DNA from: a virus
Strand: one strand, 5' to 3'
DNA: 64,000 bases
IMG/VR virus record: IMGVR_UViG_3300045988_063132
Span: 38,776 to 102,775 of that record
The translations under genes and the position numbers were made by a program. Under the pieces are notes generated by a model. It saw only the letters and a program-made list of their open reading frames with translations, was not told the origin of the DNA and searched no databases. The first letter of the stretch is position 1, and each line of letters begins with the position of its first letter. Below are positions 1 to 10,044 of the stretch, one piece after another.

Positions 1-79
1 GTAGTTGGGATATTGTCGAAATAAGTTAAATGAATAAGACAAACACTTTCTTTTTATTCGCATCTTAAAACAATCAAAT

Positions 80-301
80 ATGAAAAGTAAAAAGAAATTA
101 TTTTTGTGGTTATATATACCACAAAATAGTAAAGTACAGTTTGATCCTTACAAGAGTTCTGTAACTCGAGTAGAAGTAGAATGTACTTTTAAAAAAGTGA
201 TACGTGATAAACATTCACCAATTGTAGAGTATACTTATACTCATCCACGACTTAATAAAAAGCTTACAGGTATAATACCTAAAGCTTTGTGGGAGGCATA
301 A
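80..301 (+). CDS. hypothetical small protein
   Basis: 73-aa ORF in the six-frame track. No recognisable motif. Confidence 0.3.
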   Translation: MKSKKKLFLWLYIPQNSKVQFDPYKSSVTRVEVECTFKKVIRDKHSPIVEYTYTHPRLNKKLTGIIPKALWEA

Positions 302-302
302 T

Positions 303-488
303 ATGTTAAGAGAGATTATAGAATATATAGTATTCTTCATATGGATCTTTGGCTTTGTTATGTCATATGCGTTTGGTGATATTCCTGCGATACTATATAT
401 CGTAATCTCTTTTATTATTATGGCTCGTATTCACATACGAGGCTTAAAGAAACTATTTTTATTAATAATTAAATCAATTAAAGAATAA
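303..488 (+). CDS. small hydrophobic (membrane) protein
   Basis: 61-aa ORF with a hydrophobic core (IVFFIWIFGFVMSYAF...ILYIVISFIIMA). It is packed tightly against the previous ORF. Confidence 0.3.
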   Translation: MLREIIEYIVFFIWIFGFVMSYAFGDIPAILYIVISFIIMARIHIRGLKKLFLLIIKSIKE

Positions 489-493
489 AAAGT

Positions 494-865
494 ATGAGTT
501 GGAGTGATGAACTTGAAGAACAAATTCTTTATCACTTTGGTAAAGATCCACCAAGTGAAGATAAAGATATAAAAAAGAAAGAAATCAAGAAAAAGATACG
601 AGAAGAATTAAGTAAAAATCCAACATTATCTAATATCCTAAAACAAAACAAGGCTGAAGGTAAATTCATAAAAGAATTTACTGATCAACTTATGGGATAT
701 AATTATAGTCCTAGAGATATAGGTATTAGAATTACTTATGCTATAAAACATAGTTGTTGTCCAATAGATAATGCGTTATGTTGGAGAAATACTAGTCAAG
801 GTCACAGTTATTGGAAAAAACTTAATTCAATTGTATCAGAAAATCTAAGGAAAACAAAATTTTAA
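494..865 (+). CDS. hypothetical protein
   Basis: 123-aa ORF with a basic K-rich segment. No recognisable catalytic motif. Confidence 0.35.
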   Translation: MSWSDELEEQILYHFGKDPPSEDKDIKKKEIKKKIREELSKNPTLSNILKQNKAEGKFIKEFTDQLMGYNYSPRDIGIRITYAIKHSCCPIDNALCWRNTSQGHSYWKKLNSIVSENLRKTKF

Positions 866-900
866 ACACTTATTTATTAACACTTTAAATTATCAAAATT

Positions 901-1299
901 ATGAGCGAAATTAAAGACGAAATTCGTAACGGTAGAATTATCAACAAAGAAGTAGTAACTGCAGCAGCTGAAGAACTGGCTAAGAAACGTAATGCGAAAC
1001 TGACGAAAGAAATGATGCGTATTGCCGTTGATTCTGAGTTCGAACGCAAGAATGCATTATTGAATTTGCAGCGCAATCGTGATGAAGAAGATCCGATCAA
1101 GGCTTGTTTGAAAGCTAAAGAAGCAAATGAAATTGCAGTAAAAGAAGGAAAGATGACACCGGAAGAATTTCGTGAAGCAAATCGTAAAGCCGATGATGAA
1201 AAAGCTAAAGCTTTACGTAGTATTTCTGATGAATACTACACTCTGCGTAACCAGTTGCAGAAGCAGTGTTATGACGTCCTGAATGATTGGGATGATTAA
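901..1299 (+). CDS. hypothetical charged/coiled-coil protein
   Basis: 132-aa ORF that is highly charged (K/E/R). It is preceded by ATTATCAAAATT, 4 nt upstream of the ATG. Confidence 0.45.
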   Translation: MSEIKDEIRNGRIINKEVVTAAAEELAKKRNAKLTKEMMRIAVDSEFERKNALLNLQRNRDEEDPIKACLKAKEANEIAVKEGKMTPEEFREANRKADDEKAKALRSISDEYYTLRNQLQKQCYDVLNDWDD

Positions 1300-1315
1300 T
1301 AACAACTCCGAACCT

Positions 1316-1632
1316 GTGCCGACAAGTACTGTAAAGCTTATCAATTAATATTAGTGTCTTTACATTTGTAGAGACACTAATACTAGTTAGTGCCGAAAGT
1401 TATTAAACCGAATGGATTTAGTAGGTAATTAAGTTGAATTGACAACTTCCCTCAAGTGCTATATGCCGTAGGGTGGAAAAACAACGTGCCACTGATCATG
1501 TGCCGAAGATCATTACTATTGTTTTAGCTATTGTACTTTATGTCCTGCATAAAAACAATAGGCTCTACTTGTAGAGTTTTATAGTAATGGTTATCAAAAC
1601 ACATATAGAAATTGTGCTTTATGCCGAAGTTT
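1316..1632 (+). repeat. five dispersed copies of an RTGCCGAAG-like motif in an ORF-free region
   Basis: The copies are gtgccgacaag (1316), gtgccgaaag (1390), atgccgtaggg (1464), gtgccgaagat (1499) and atgccgaagt (1621). No ORF of 60 aa or more lies between 1300 and 2100. Confidence 0.45.
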
Positions 1633-2205
1633 TATTTTTAATATATAGTATAAACGTTAAGTAAATCATATTTATATGATTTTTAAAATATTTATACGAA
1701 CTTCAATTTCTATCAGTCTATCAAAGGCACAGAATTCTAAGTAATATAATGCTTTATGCTTAAATGTTGTTTATAGAAGAGAAAAATATGTAATAATGGG
1801 TCCTCGATAAGGACGTCTTTAGACGGTAATAGAGTAGGAACAGATAGTACAGTCGCTCTATAAAGAATATTTAGTATTACTTAGGATAAACTCTTAAAAA
1901 TTCACAATTATGGATTGGACAAGAGAAGACTTAGAAAATAAGTCAAAAGAAGAACTTATAGACATCATTATGAACATTCAGGAAGATTTAGAGTATTTTC
2001 CAGATCTTTATGATAGTACATATGATGACTATGAGGAATAGAGAGTAAGGAGAGAAATCTCCTTACTTTCACGACCTTTTGGTTCATATTATTAAAATTA
2101 TTAAAAGTAGATATTCACAATATAAGAACTGTATTGTGTCTTATTAGGCTTATTAATCATTGTTAGGACGAGGGTTCGATTAAAATGGTCGAGTTTAAAT
2201 TGGGT

Positions 2206-2308
2206 GAATTCAGGGAACGCTAAACAAAAATGCTCAGAAATGACATTTTTGCATGCCAATCCTGAGCTAAGCATGTAGTACACTACATGAAAGTGCAGAG
2301 ACTACTGG
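2206..2308 (+). other. group-I-intron-like P, Q and R core elements (possible degenerate intron)
   Basis: A P-like element (gaattcagggaac) is at 2206-2218. A Q-like element (aatcctgagc) is at 2258-2267, with a possible cagg/cctg P4 pairing. An R-like element (gtgcagagactactgg) is at 2293-2308. No matching S element (GUAGUC) was found downstream. Confidence 0.3.
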
Positions 2309-2323
2309 AGAACTAAAGTGTTC

Positions 2324-2833
2324 TTAATTACCAGCTAGAGCGCCCAACCCTTCATTGGAAGGTGAAGAGATAGTCCAAGATTCACGAAACTTTTTAAGTT
2401 TCTCCTCAGAAATGAGGTTCCTATGAACCATTCTATGGCAATTAGGACATAAAGTTATTAAGTTTGTAATTTCATTTTTACCACCGTTAGATACAGGTAT
2501 AATATGATGAACATCACAAGAAGTTTTATTCCAACCGCATATTGCACAAGGTTGTAATAATAGAAAATTGTAAAACGATCTAGTAATAGTATTATTAGAT
2601 TTCATTCTTTTACGATAATCTTTTAATTTACAAGCATTTGTACAATACTTTGCTTTAGAAGATTGTGCTTCAAATTCCTGTTCACATACAATACATTTAC
2701 ATTTATATTTCTTTCTATGTAAATTTCTGTATTTAGCAGCACATGAAAGTGAACAAAATTTTGCATTTCCTCTGTTTACCTCTCGTAAATCAGCTTGGAA
2801 TTCATTATTACAATATAAACATTCTTTTTTCAT
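2324..2833 (-). CDS. HNH homing endonuclease with Cys-rich zinc-finger-like region
   Basis: The HNH motif HHIIPVSNGGKNEITNLITLCPNCH is present, with several CxxC pairs. The gene sits in a 1.9 kb otherwise non-coding stretch. Confidence 0.65.
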   Translation of the reverse strand: MKKECLYCNNEFQADLREVNRGNAKFCSLSCAAKYRNLHRKKYKCKCIVCEQEFEAQSSKAKYCTNACKLKDYRKRMKSNNTITRSFYNFLLLQPCAICGWNKTSCDVHHIIPVSNGGKNEITNLITLCPNCHRMVHRNLISEEKLKKFRESWTISSPSNEGLGALAGN

Positions 2834-3074
2834 ATAACTATAACGTATGTGGAGATAAAATGTTCTAATAACTTAAAAGAATCTGTCCCTCCAGCTCCAC
2901 GCTCACAAGAGCTACAAGGGAAAACAAAACTAGGATTTTTGATCGTGTTGACCGTGCGCCAAGTTTTTAAATTTTAGAACGGTCAAAAGGGGCTGCATGG
3001 ATTTGACTAGCAAATTAGAGAGATAAGATAGGTTCATTGTGTGTTTAAATGGCAACACTATGTTTGTCACTGAT

Positions 3075-3097
3075 TATTCTTGCGTAGCGTAAGAATA
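3075..3097 (+). other. perfect 10-bp hairpin (tattcttgcg-tag-cgtaagaata)
   Basis: The inverted repeat is readable directly, with one G-U pair. It contains the CGTAG/CGTAAG motif. Confidence 0.5.
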
Positions 3098-3126
3098 TGA
3101 TGCGTGCTAAATACGAAAGTTAGGGA

Positions 3127-3196
3127 TACTCTTTAGTTCAACAGGTTAGAATCGTAATTTTATTACAGAATGTGGGTTCGAGTCCCACAAGAGTAA
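3127..3196 (+). tRNA. tRNA-like element / probable degenerate tRNA (anticodon loop too short)
   Basis: The acceptor pairs tactctt with aagagta. U8 is present. The D-arm is gttc...gaat. The T-arm is gtggg-ttcgagt-cccac. The anticodon stem gtaat/attac leaves only a 3-nt loop. Total length is 70 nt. Confidence 0.3.
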
Positions 3197-3232
3197 CAAT
3201 TAACTTATGTTTAATTTCTTAAAAGTAATCAG

Positions 3233-3610
3233 ATGAAAAAGATGACTTTAAGCCAATTACATGGTAATCTAAAGACTTTCAGTAAAGAATTTATAGGAGC
3301 TGGAAGTAGAAATAGTGTAGTTGGATTGTATCGGAAACTTATTGAGTTAGGAGCAATTCCATCCAGTAAGGAAAAGGATAACAGTCTTATTAGCTCTAAG
3401 CAAAAGATTGTTATTCTATGTGTTAACGATGGAATTAGGAGTAAATTCGCTCGTATCTCATTGCATGAAAGATCATGGTGGGACTATTGGCATAACAAAG
3501 CACACAAGCATTGTAAGCCAGCTTATATTACTTATAATGTACCAAAACAAATGAGTACAGTAATAAGTAACTTAAATATTAAAGAATTAGAAACCCTAAT
3601 CCCAGAGTAA
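3233..3610 (+). CDS. hypothetical protein
   Basis: 125-aa ORF. No motif recognised. Confidence 0.4.
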   Translation: MKKMTLSQLHGNLKTFSKEFIGAGSRNSVVGLYRKLIELGAIPSSKEKDNSLISSKQKIVILCVNDGIRSKFARISLHERSWWDYWHNKAHKHCKPAYITYNVPKQMSTVISNLNIKELETLIPE

Positions 3611-3611
3611 T

Positions 3612-3806
3612 ATGGAACTATCTTATTGGATTTATTTTAAACCAGGTGAAAAAGATAAGCTTAAACAAATTATCGATGAAAATCCTAATCCTTTAATGGC
3701 AAATATTGCTATTCAAGAGGAGTTTGGTGTATCACTCACCGAAGCTGAGAAAATTATTGAGGTGTATAACAATAAAATTAATAAAACATGTCATCAAGAA
3801 TCATAA
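3612..3806 (+). CDS. hypothetical small protein
   Basis: 64-aa ORF tightly packed after the previous gene. Confidence 0.35.
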   Translation: MELSYWIYFKPGEKDKLKQIIDENPNPLMANIAIQEEFGVSLTEAEKIIEVYNNKINKTCHQES

Positions 3807-4222
3807 CGCTTAATAAACCAGGTTTATATGTTGCAGAACACAATTCTACTGGTAAGCAATTTTTAGTAAGTATAGGTGGTGAATTACCTATGTTGCGTGT
3901 AATTAATATAATCAATTTATCTGATTTTGTTAGTGGTTTTTATGCTGATAATAAAGATAAACAAAAATTACAAGATGACATGGAAGCACATCCTAATACA
4001 TACACTTATACTCCTATTCAAGTTAAATTAGAAAAAGAGTATGAAGAAGTAAAAGAGGATATTCTTGATTTATCTAAATATTCAACATTAGTTGAAAATA
4101 AGGATAAATTATTAGGAATGGATGATAATATGGCAGTTATTACTATATGTAAAGATGAAGGTCTTGATGTAGCTATTGCCACTGAGATTTGGAAACAATT
4201 CAAATTATCATTACGACCGTGA
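3788..4222 (+). CDS. hypothetical protein
   Basis: 144-aa ORF. The ATG at 3788 overlaps the end of the upstream ORF. Confidence 0.4.
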   Translation: MSSRIITLNKPGLYVAEHNSTGKQFLVSIGGELPMLRVINIINLSDFVSGFYADNKDKQKLQDDMEAHPNTYTYTPIQVKLEKEYEEVKEDILDLSKYSTLVENKDKLLGMDDNMAVITICKDEGLDVAIATEIWKQFKLSLRP

Positions 4223-4725
4223 ATGCAGATGAAGTAAAAAAGTATATTTACGATAAATCTGCAAAGCTATCACAGCAGTTTATTGACTTCATTAAAAATG
4301 AAGGAGTTCCTAATTATTTATTACCATCATTTGATAATAATAGTGGTTATAGATGTGATTGGAACATAATAGGTGGAGAAGAAGCAAAAGAATATTTTAA
4401 ACCTTATTATAAACCAATAAGTGATAAATTTATTCTTAGCTTAGAACAAAGAAAAAACGTACAAACTTGGTTATATAGAGTTAGTACTAAACTTTTTCTA
4501 CCTGAATTGATGGTAGGAAGTCCTATCACAACCGATAAAGTACAGCTACGAATAGCTACTTCTTTAATCGACAAATTAAACATTCCAAGACAATATCGAG
4601 ATTATCTATTTGATAACACTATATATTGTTTTTGGATTCGTAAACGAGCATATAGTAATTTCTTTTGGCAAGAAATAGTACAGCTTCCGTTTGCGCCAGA
4701 TTATCGTTTAAATATTAAGTATTAA
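4189..4725 (+). CDS. hypothetical protein (non-ATG start: TTG at 4189 or GTG at 4216)
   Basis: 178-aa ORF with no in-frame ATG near the 5' end. A hairpin (aagagaga-ttgggt-tctctctt, 4738-4760) follows it. Confidence 0.4.
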   Translation: METIQIIITTVNADEVKKYIYDKSAKLSQQFIDFIKNEGVPNYLLPSFDNNSGYRCDWNIIGGEEAKEYFKPYYKPISDKFILSLEQRKNVQTWLYRVSTKLFLPELMVGSPITTDKVQLRIATSLIDKLNIPRQYRDYLFDNTIYCFWIRKRAYSNFFWQEIVQLPFAPDYRLNIKY

Positions 4726-4780
4726 ATGATAATAGGGTAAGAGAGATTGGGTTCTCTCTTACTCACTAATCCGTAGGCCT

Positions 4781-5347
4781 ATGAAAGAAGAAGAAAAGAT
4801 TCTAATTGAAAAGGCGAAGCACGGTGATGAAAAGGCCTTTAAGCAATTATATGATAATTATTATCGTTTAATACGATATATTATCTATGATGCGATAAAA
4901 GATGAAGAAGCAACAGCTGATTTATTATCTGTTACTTTTACTAAGGCCTTCAAACGTCTCGATTATTTTGTTGAAACTATTTCTTTTGAAGCATGGTTAA
5001 AAACTATTGCAGTAAATACAGTCATTGACTATATTAGAAAGAATAAGAATCAACAAGATAATATCTCTATAGATAATGAGGATAATACAATTCAAATATC
5101 TAGTGATAATGATCCCGAAACTGATTTAATTAAATCAGAGTCAATAGATATTCTTAGAATTGCATTAACTCGACTTAGAGCCAAATATAGGAACCTTCTA
5201 GAACTCAGATATTTTGGTAATCTAAGTTATGAAGAGTTAAGTGCTGAGCTTGGTATACCGGTTGGAACTGTAAAGTCTGACTTAAACAAAGCTAAGCATA
5301 GACTCAAGTATTATTTTCAAAAAATTTCAAAAACTAACAAAACATGA
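4781..5347 (+). CDS. ECF-type sigma-70 family sigma factor
   Basis: The region-2 signature is FEAWLKTIAVNTVIDYIRKNK. The region-4 HTH is LSYEELSAELGIPVGTVKSDLNKAKHRLK. It is preceded by CCGTAGG 4 nt before the ATG. Confidence 0.75.
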   Translation: MKEEEKILIEKAKHGDEKAFKQLYDNYYRLIRYIIYDAIKDEEATADLLSVTFTKAFKRLDYFVETISFEAWLKTIAVNTVIDYIRKNKNQQDNISIDNEDNTIQISSDNDPETDLIKSESIDILRIALTRLRAKYRNLLELRYFGNLSYEELSAELGIPVGTVKSDLNKAKHRLKYYFQKISKTNKT

Positions 5348-5721
5348 CAACATTCATTGTATCTATGCTAGTAATTATCGGTATTGTTGCAATTGCACGA
5401 TATTACGGTAGTTCGTCAATGGCAAGCAATTTATTGCTTACTTTGGCATTTTCTGTTGTCGTGGGTCTTGGTATTCAATTTGCTACTAAGGGAAACCATA
5501 GTAAAAAAGAGAATGCTAAGATTGAAAATTCCATTGCAGTTAGTAATCCTGTATCCACACAGTCTGTTTGTACAGTGTTGGAACCTGTAAAAACTAGCCA
5601 TTCTGGGGCTGTGAGTCAGGTACAGGATTATAAAACTGTAGTAAAGGAGTTTCCACGATTAAATTCCAAAAAGCTTGCGTATACTGAACGTATAGCTCCC
5701 CCATTCCCAGATTCATCCTAG
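5344..5721 (+). CDS. membrane protein, start overlapping sigma-factor stop (candidate anti-sigma partner)
   Basis: There is an ATGA overlap with the upstream gene. Two N-terminal TM helices are present (FIVSMLVIIGIVAIA; LLLTLAFSVVVGLGI). The function is inferred from position only. Confidence 0.3.
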   Translation: MTTFIVSMLVIIGIVAIARYYGSSSMASNLLLTLAFSVVVGLGIQFATKGNHSKKENAKIENSIAVSNPVSTQSVCTVLEPVKTSHSGAVSQVQDYKTVVKEFPRLNSKKLAYTERIAPPFPDSS

Positions 5722-5807
5722 ATGAATATAACGGGATCACATTATTAGCTTTATAAAATAATTTATTAACTTTTAATATTCGAAAAGGCGAATTAAACAT
5801 TATCAAA

Positions 5808-7202
5808 ATGGGAAATAATAAGAACAAAGGTCAGAAGACTGACGATAAAACAAAGAAAACTACTGCCGCTCCTGCGGCTGCACCGGCTGCACAAACTAAG
5901 AAAGAACAGCCGAAGACGGGATTAAAGGAAGATAAAACTCCTAAACCCGCAGCTCCTACAGCTCCTAAGAAAGAGGAAAAGGAGACAAAAAAGCCTACTA
6001 CTGATGCTACTGGTACAGTAGAAAATGTAGCAGCAGAAGAAGTAAAGAAACCTGTAGCTTCTCCGTTAGAATCACCTAAAGTAGATTCCCTGATTTCACT
6101 TATGGGTCCTAATGATCTGATGGATGCGAATCATGCTGCAGAATTCTTATCGGCGCTTGAACGTCGTACTGCCCGGATGGATCGTAGTAAACCTATTACG
6201 ATTCAGATGGAATCCATGCTGGATTACAATATGATGTGGTATGCTGTACGTTTGTCTGTACAATCATTTGCACAGAAACGTGAATGTAATATGCTTACGC
6301 CGAATGATGAACTTATTGTTCAGCAAGCCATTGATACGGCTGCATCTATGGGTGTTGCTCTTGAAGCTCATCCTACAGATGATCCCAATCAGATGCGTCT
6401 TGAATTTAAGGATATTTCCCCTGAAACAAAAGCAGCAGCTGATGCAGAGAATGCCGCATCAGGTTTAGCTTCAACAGTTAAACCACCTAGACATGTAAAA
6501 CTTACCGAAGAACAGATGAATCCCCTGAATTGGAAGAATGATGATGAAGCGAAAGCTGCAATCACTCAAGATCTTCAAGAATCAGGAGAAACTCCATCTA
6601 ACAAATTCTTACGTATCTTGGGTAAAATCAAAACATATCGTGAGAATACTACAGAAGATCCCGTTCAGAAGGGAATCTGGAGTAGTGCTAACTTGGGAGC
6701 TCTTGCAAAAGAGTATTTCAACATTATCGGTAAGAAAGGTATTGTTGTGCTCTCTGGACTCATGTCTTCTACCACAACTTCGTTGAAGTTAGGTCAGACT
6801 ATGATCTTTGCACATTCTCTCTTACGGAAGAATATGAAAGGTCTGAATGATCAAGATGTAGTAGACTTGATTAAAGCGTTTATTGAAGTAATGCACGCAG
6901 ATCCTGCACAGCCTATCGAACAAGATCCTTGTGTAGTAAAGGGTATTTTGGCTCCAACTCGTGATACGTTTGTACGTATTGCGTTACAAAAGCCAGCAGA
7001 AGACGAACTAATGGATTGGTTCAAGAAGATTATGGGACCGTTCTATGATATCTATAAAGATGAAGTAGGTTCTAAATCTGATGAAGATTTTGCTCTGAAA
7101 GCAGCAAATAAGATGATCGAAATACGTAACATGTATGTCGATAAAGAAGCTGCATTCCCGCTCTTTACAAAAGAAGATTTCAAGGCTGTAATGGGTAAAT
7201 AA
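5808..7202 (+). CDS. hypothetical protein with Pro/Ala/Lys-rich low-complexity N-terminus
   Basis: 464-aa ORF. The N-terminal ~100 aa are APAAAPAAQTKKEQPK... repeats. The C-terminal domain has no recognisable motif. Confidence 0.5.
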   Translation: MGNNKNKGQKTDDKTKKTTAAPAAAPAAQTKKEQPKTGLKEDKTPKPAAPTAPKKEEKETKKPTTDATGTVENVAAEEVKKPVASPLESPKVDSLISLMGPNDLMDANHAAEFLSALERRTARMDRSKPITIQMESMLDYNMMWYAVRLSVQSFAQKRECNMLTPNDELIVQQAIDTAASMGVALEAHPTDDPNQMRLEFKDISPETKAAADAENAASGLASTVKPPRHVKLTEEQMNPLNWKNDDEAKAAITQDLQESGETPSNKFLRILGKIKTYRENTTEDPVQKGIWSSANLGALAKEYFNIIGKKGIVVLSGLMSSTTTSLKLGQTMIFAHSLLRKNMKGLNDQDVVDLIKAFIEVMHADPAQPIEQDPCVVKGILAPTRDTFVRIALQKPAEDELMDWFKKIMGPFYDIYKDEVGSKSDEDFALKAANKMIEIRNMYVDKEAAFPLFTKEDFKAVMGK

Positions 7203-7215
7203 CCTATTATATCAA

Positions 7216-7599
7216 ATGAAAGGTAAATTTGCTTATTTAGCAGTATTCGTTGTAGGTCTTATTATGTCCTACAATACTAACATTTTCAAACCCGAAAGTG
7301 TTACGGCAACAGAAACCATTAAAACGGTTCAGTTACCCCCAATTCCAGGTAATTTTAAACTTAACCTGGATTTAGAGACAGGTAAAAGTATCGTGGAAAG
7401 TAATATACCCGTTACAAGTACTGATATAACTGTCAATCACCCCACGAAAATCGTGGAAAAGGTAGTGTATAAAAAATCTAAACCCAAAGTAGTATATGAA
7501 ACAAAAACTGAGGTACAAACGAGACCGGTAATGTTCACTCTACCAACTCCCCGCTCTCACAAATTTGTACCTGAGTATCCTAAAAGTGTAGAGAAATGA
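7216..7599 (+). CDS. secreted/membrane-anchored protein
   Basis: 127-aa ORF with an N-terminal hydrophobic segment (FAYLAVFVVGLIMS). Confidence 0.45.
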   Translation: MKGKFAYLAVFVVGLIMSYNTNIFKPESVTATETIKTVQLPPIPGNFKLNLDLETGKSIVESNIPVTSTDITVNHPTKIVEKVVYKKSKPKVVYETKTEVQTRPVMFTLPTPRSHKFVPEYPKSVEK

Positions 7600-10044
7600 A
7601 GCAAAAAATAACTAAAACTAATATAGTATCATTAATTGGTATTATCTTATTCTATTTATTTTGTTTATTTTTTGCTTATTGTATTAGTGATTAACTATGT
7701 GCTTACCGTAGAATGGCACCGGGGAAAACGAGTCTCTCCCCCGTAGTAAGAAGCAGGGCATTATATATAGTGGTATTGTAGCTGTACACTCTAAAAGCAA
7801 TAAGACAGCATATATATATTAGGAATATCAAAGGCCAAGAGGATTCGTATATATAGATAAGTAATACAGGATATGAGAATATGATAACAGCTAACACTGT
7901 GATTCAAAAGGTAATATGATAGCTTACTATGGATTTATTACTTTATCCGTGAAGAATTAGTAAGAAAATGGGATAGCGTGCTAAACCCATAAAATCTCAG
8001 AGAACCGTCTGGCGGAGATTTAAAAAACGCGATCTAGGTCAGCAGACACGAAGACAAATTCAGCAAAGGTATCGGCATCCTAAAGTAAATATAGTTATGA
8101 GATGTATTTATGAGTGTATTGAAGTCTACACAAAGGAGAAACCTATGTCCGTGGGTACAATCATGTACGAAATCAAGAAGGGACTAAACACGAGTTGCCC
8201 CTTAGTTAAACATCCAAAAGTTTACTAAGTTTTGACTCCTGACTAACGTTCTTGGGTGTGTCCAAAGCATCCATTCTGAATCTATTATTGGAAGATATAG
8301 ATAAGATAAAAATGCTACTGTAGTGTTCTCTACAAGGTACCAAATGGTTTAAATTGGAACGTATGTTTAAATACATATAAAAGTAGATATGAAGGCAGAG
8401 AGATTAATCGAGGGTGCTATTAGGTGCTACGTGAAGAAGTAAAACGGTACAATTCCGTAATCTTTTACTCTTAGAAGTAAAGGATAATAGTCTGTATTAT
8501 TACTTTGAAACATATGGCTGAGAGGCTATGATCCATACAATGAACTTTAAATTCATTAGAATATAATAAGAATTCGAGACTTTTATTATATTTAAGTATG
8601 ACAGATTATCCGGATTAGGTGCCAAACCTATACTTAATAGAACGATTAATACAAATGTGTCAGTGTTTGCTTCAAGTTATGACACAATAATATATGGAAA
8701 GAAGCAGGTTGTAAAACGTGTCCTATAACACTACTACAGAATAACGACATCCTTTAGCAAGATGGTTACTTCGCAAGAAGTGAGAGGGATCTCAATAATT
8801 TACGTTATCGAAAAGTTAAATACGCCGGTAGAAACACCGTTACCTGAGAAGAAAGGTAGAAGTTCAATCAGATCTCAGTCGGCTTTCCGAGAGATAAAAA
8901 GCGAAAGTTGGGCTAATGTATAGTCAATGGGCTAAATTCAAGTCTGTTAATCCAGAGAAACGTAAATGTTATGATATTTACCTGAATCCAACGATTCATC
9001 ACTGGCCCGAGAGTTAACGTCACTCTTAAACAAAAGCGAGAATAACATGTTTAACCTAAGTAGTGGCTACGCCCACGAAATAATAAATCCAGGGGAGTCC
9101 CCGCTAGGGATAGTAGAATCTGCTGTTGTATAGTAGTATATGTTTCCTGACTGCGTCCTTGGCAAGCCAACCGTTATTGCTAAATAAAACTAATAGAGTG
9201 TATTGCGCAACAATATATGTTCATTAGAAAGCGTTTCATGAATCTTCATAGACTGGATACCTGTCGTGCGGAAAGAGTAGTGAAAAGTAGGTGGAAGTCC
9301 TCAATATTCGTGCTTGTAAAACAATCCTATGGACGGTTATATAATAATATATATTATTGTATGTAATTCCGTATAGGAAACTTAAAACCGTTGCTGCATT
9401 TGTAGGGCAGAACTAGTTAAGTAACGTTAGAAAACGACCGTATCTGTAACGGATTCGATAAAGTGGTAAGTATTAACTTCTGGGTAATTATAAGCTACAT
9501 GACAGGCCAATCTGCATGTGCAACTGTCTTGCAAACAGTTACTTTGTATTTGTGATTACTTGCTGAGATTAACCCCGAGACGCCGGGAAATACTAAGTTA
9601 ATATGATGAGCAATAGTTCCTTTCTCTTAAGCGTAAGAGAATTGTAAAATCTAAAGTAATGGTATTATAATATGTATATTAAATGTCTTAGATCTCATTA
9701 GTCTAAAGAAAAAGCTGTGCAGTATCAATAGTATGATAAGCTATTAATTTATTATATGTAGACACTCGTATAAGTAATATTAATTCTGGTATCCGAACTA
9801 CTCTGTAGAAGCAAGGAATGCAGAAAGGAAGAGGAAGTATCTACCTTGATTTCGATGTAAGTAAATCATTAATATGAAGATTATGCGTTTAAAACGAAAA
9901 TATTTATACTTTGTAAAGGATTGTACTTGAATGTACGTAGACGATTAGACACATCCTCTATATAATAAAATCTATACAAAGAGAGCAAAACTCGTTAATT
10001 TAAACTCATAAAATATGTAAATCAATTGTTTAACATCTCCGTAG
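7600..10044. other. 2.4 kb region with no ORF >=60 aa except one 64-aa antisense ORF
   Basis: Stop codons of all three kinds occur in all frames on both strands where sampled. The composition looks less AT-skewed than flanking genes. Several local hairpins are present. No T-arm motifs, direct repeat arrays or CRISPR-like periodicity were seen. Confidence 0.5.

Noticed and set aside
7600-10044. A hidden gene that uses stop-codon reassignment (TAG or TGA recoding, as in some crAss-like phages).
   Set aside because: All three stop codons interrupt every frame on both strands at short intervals in the stretches I translated. The large late genes in this window are intact under the standard code.
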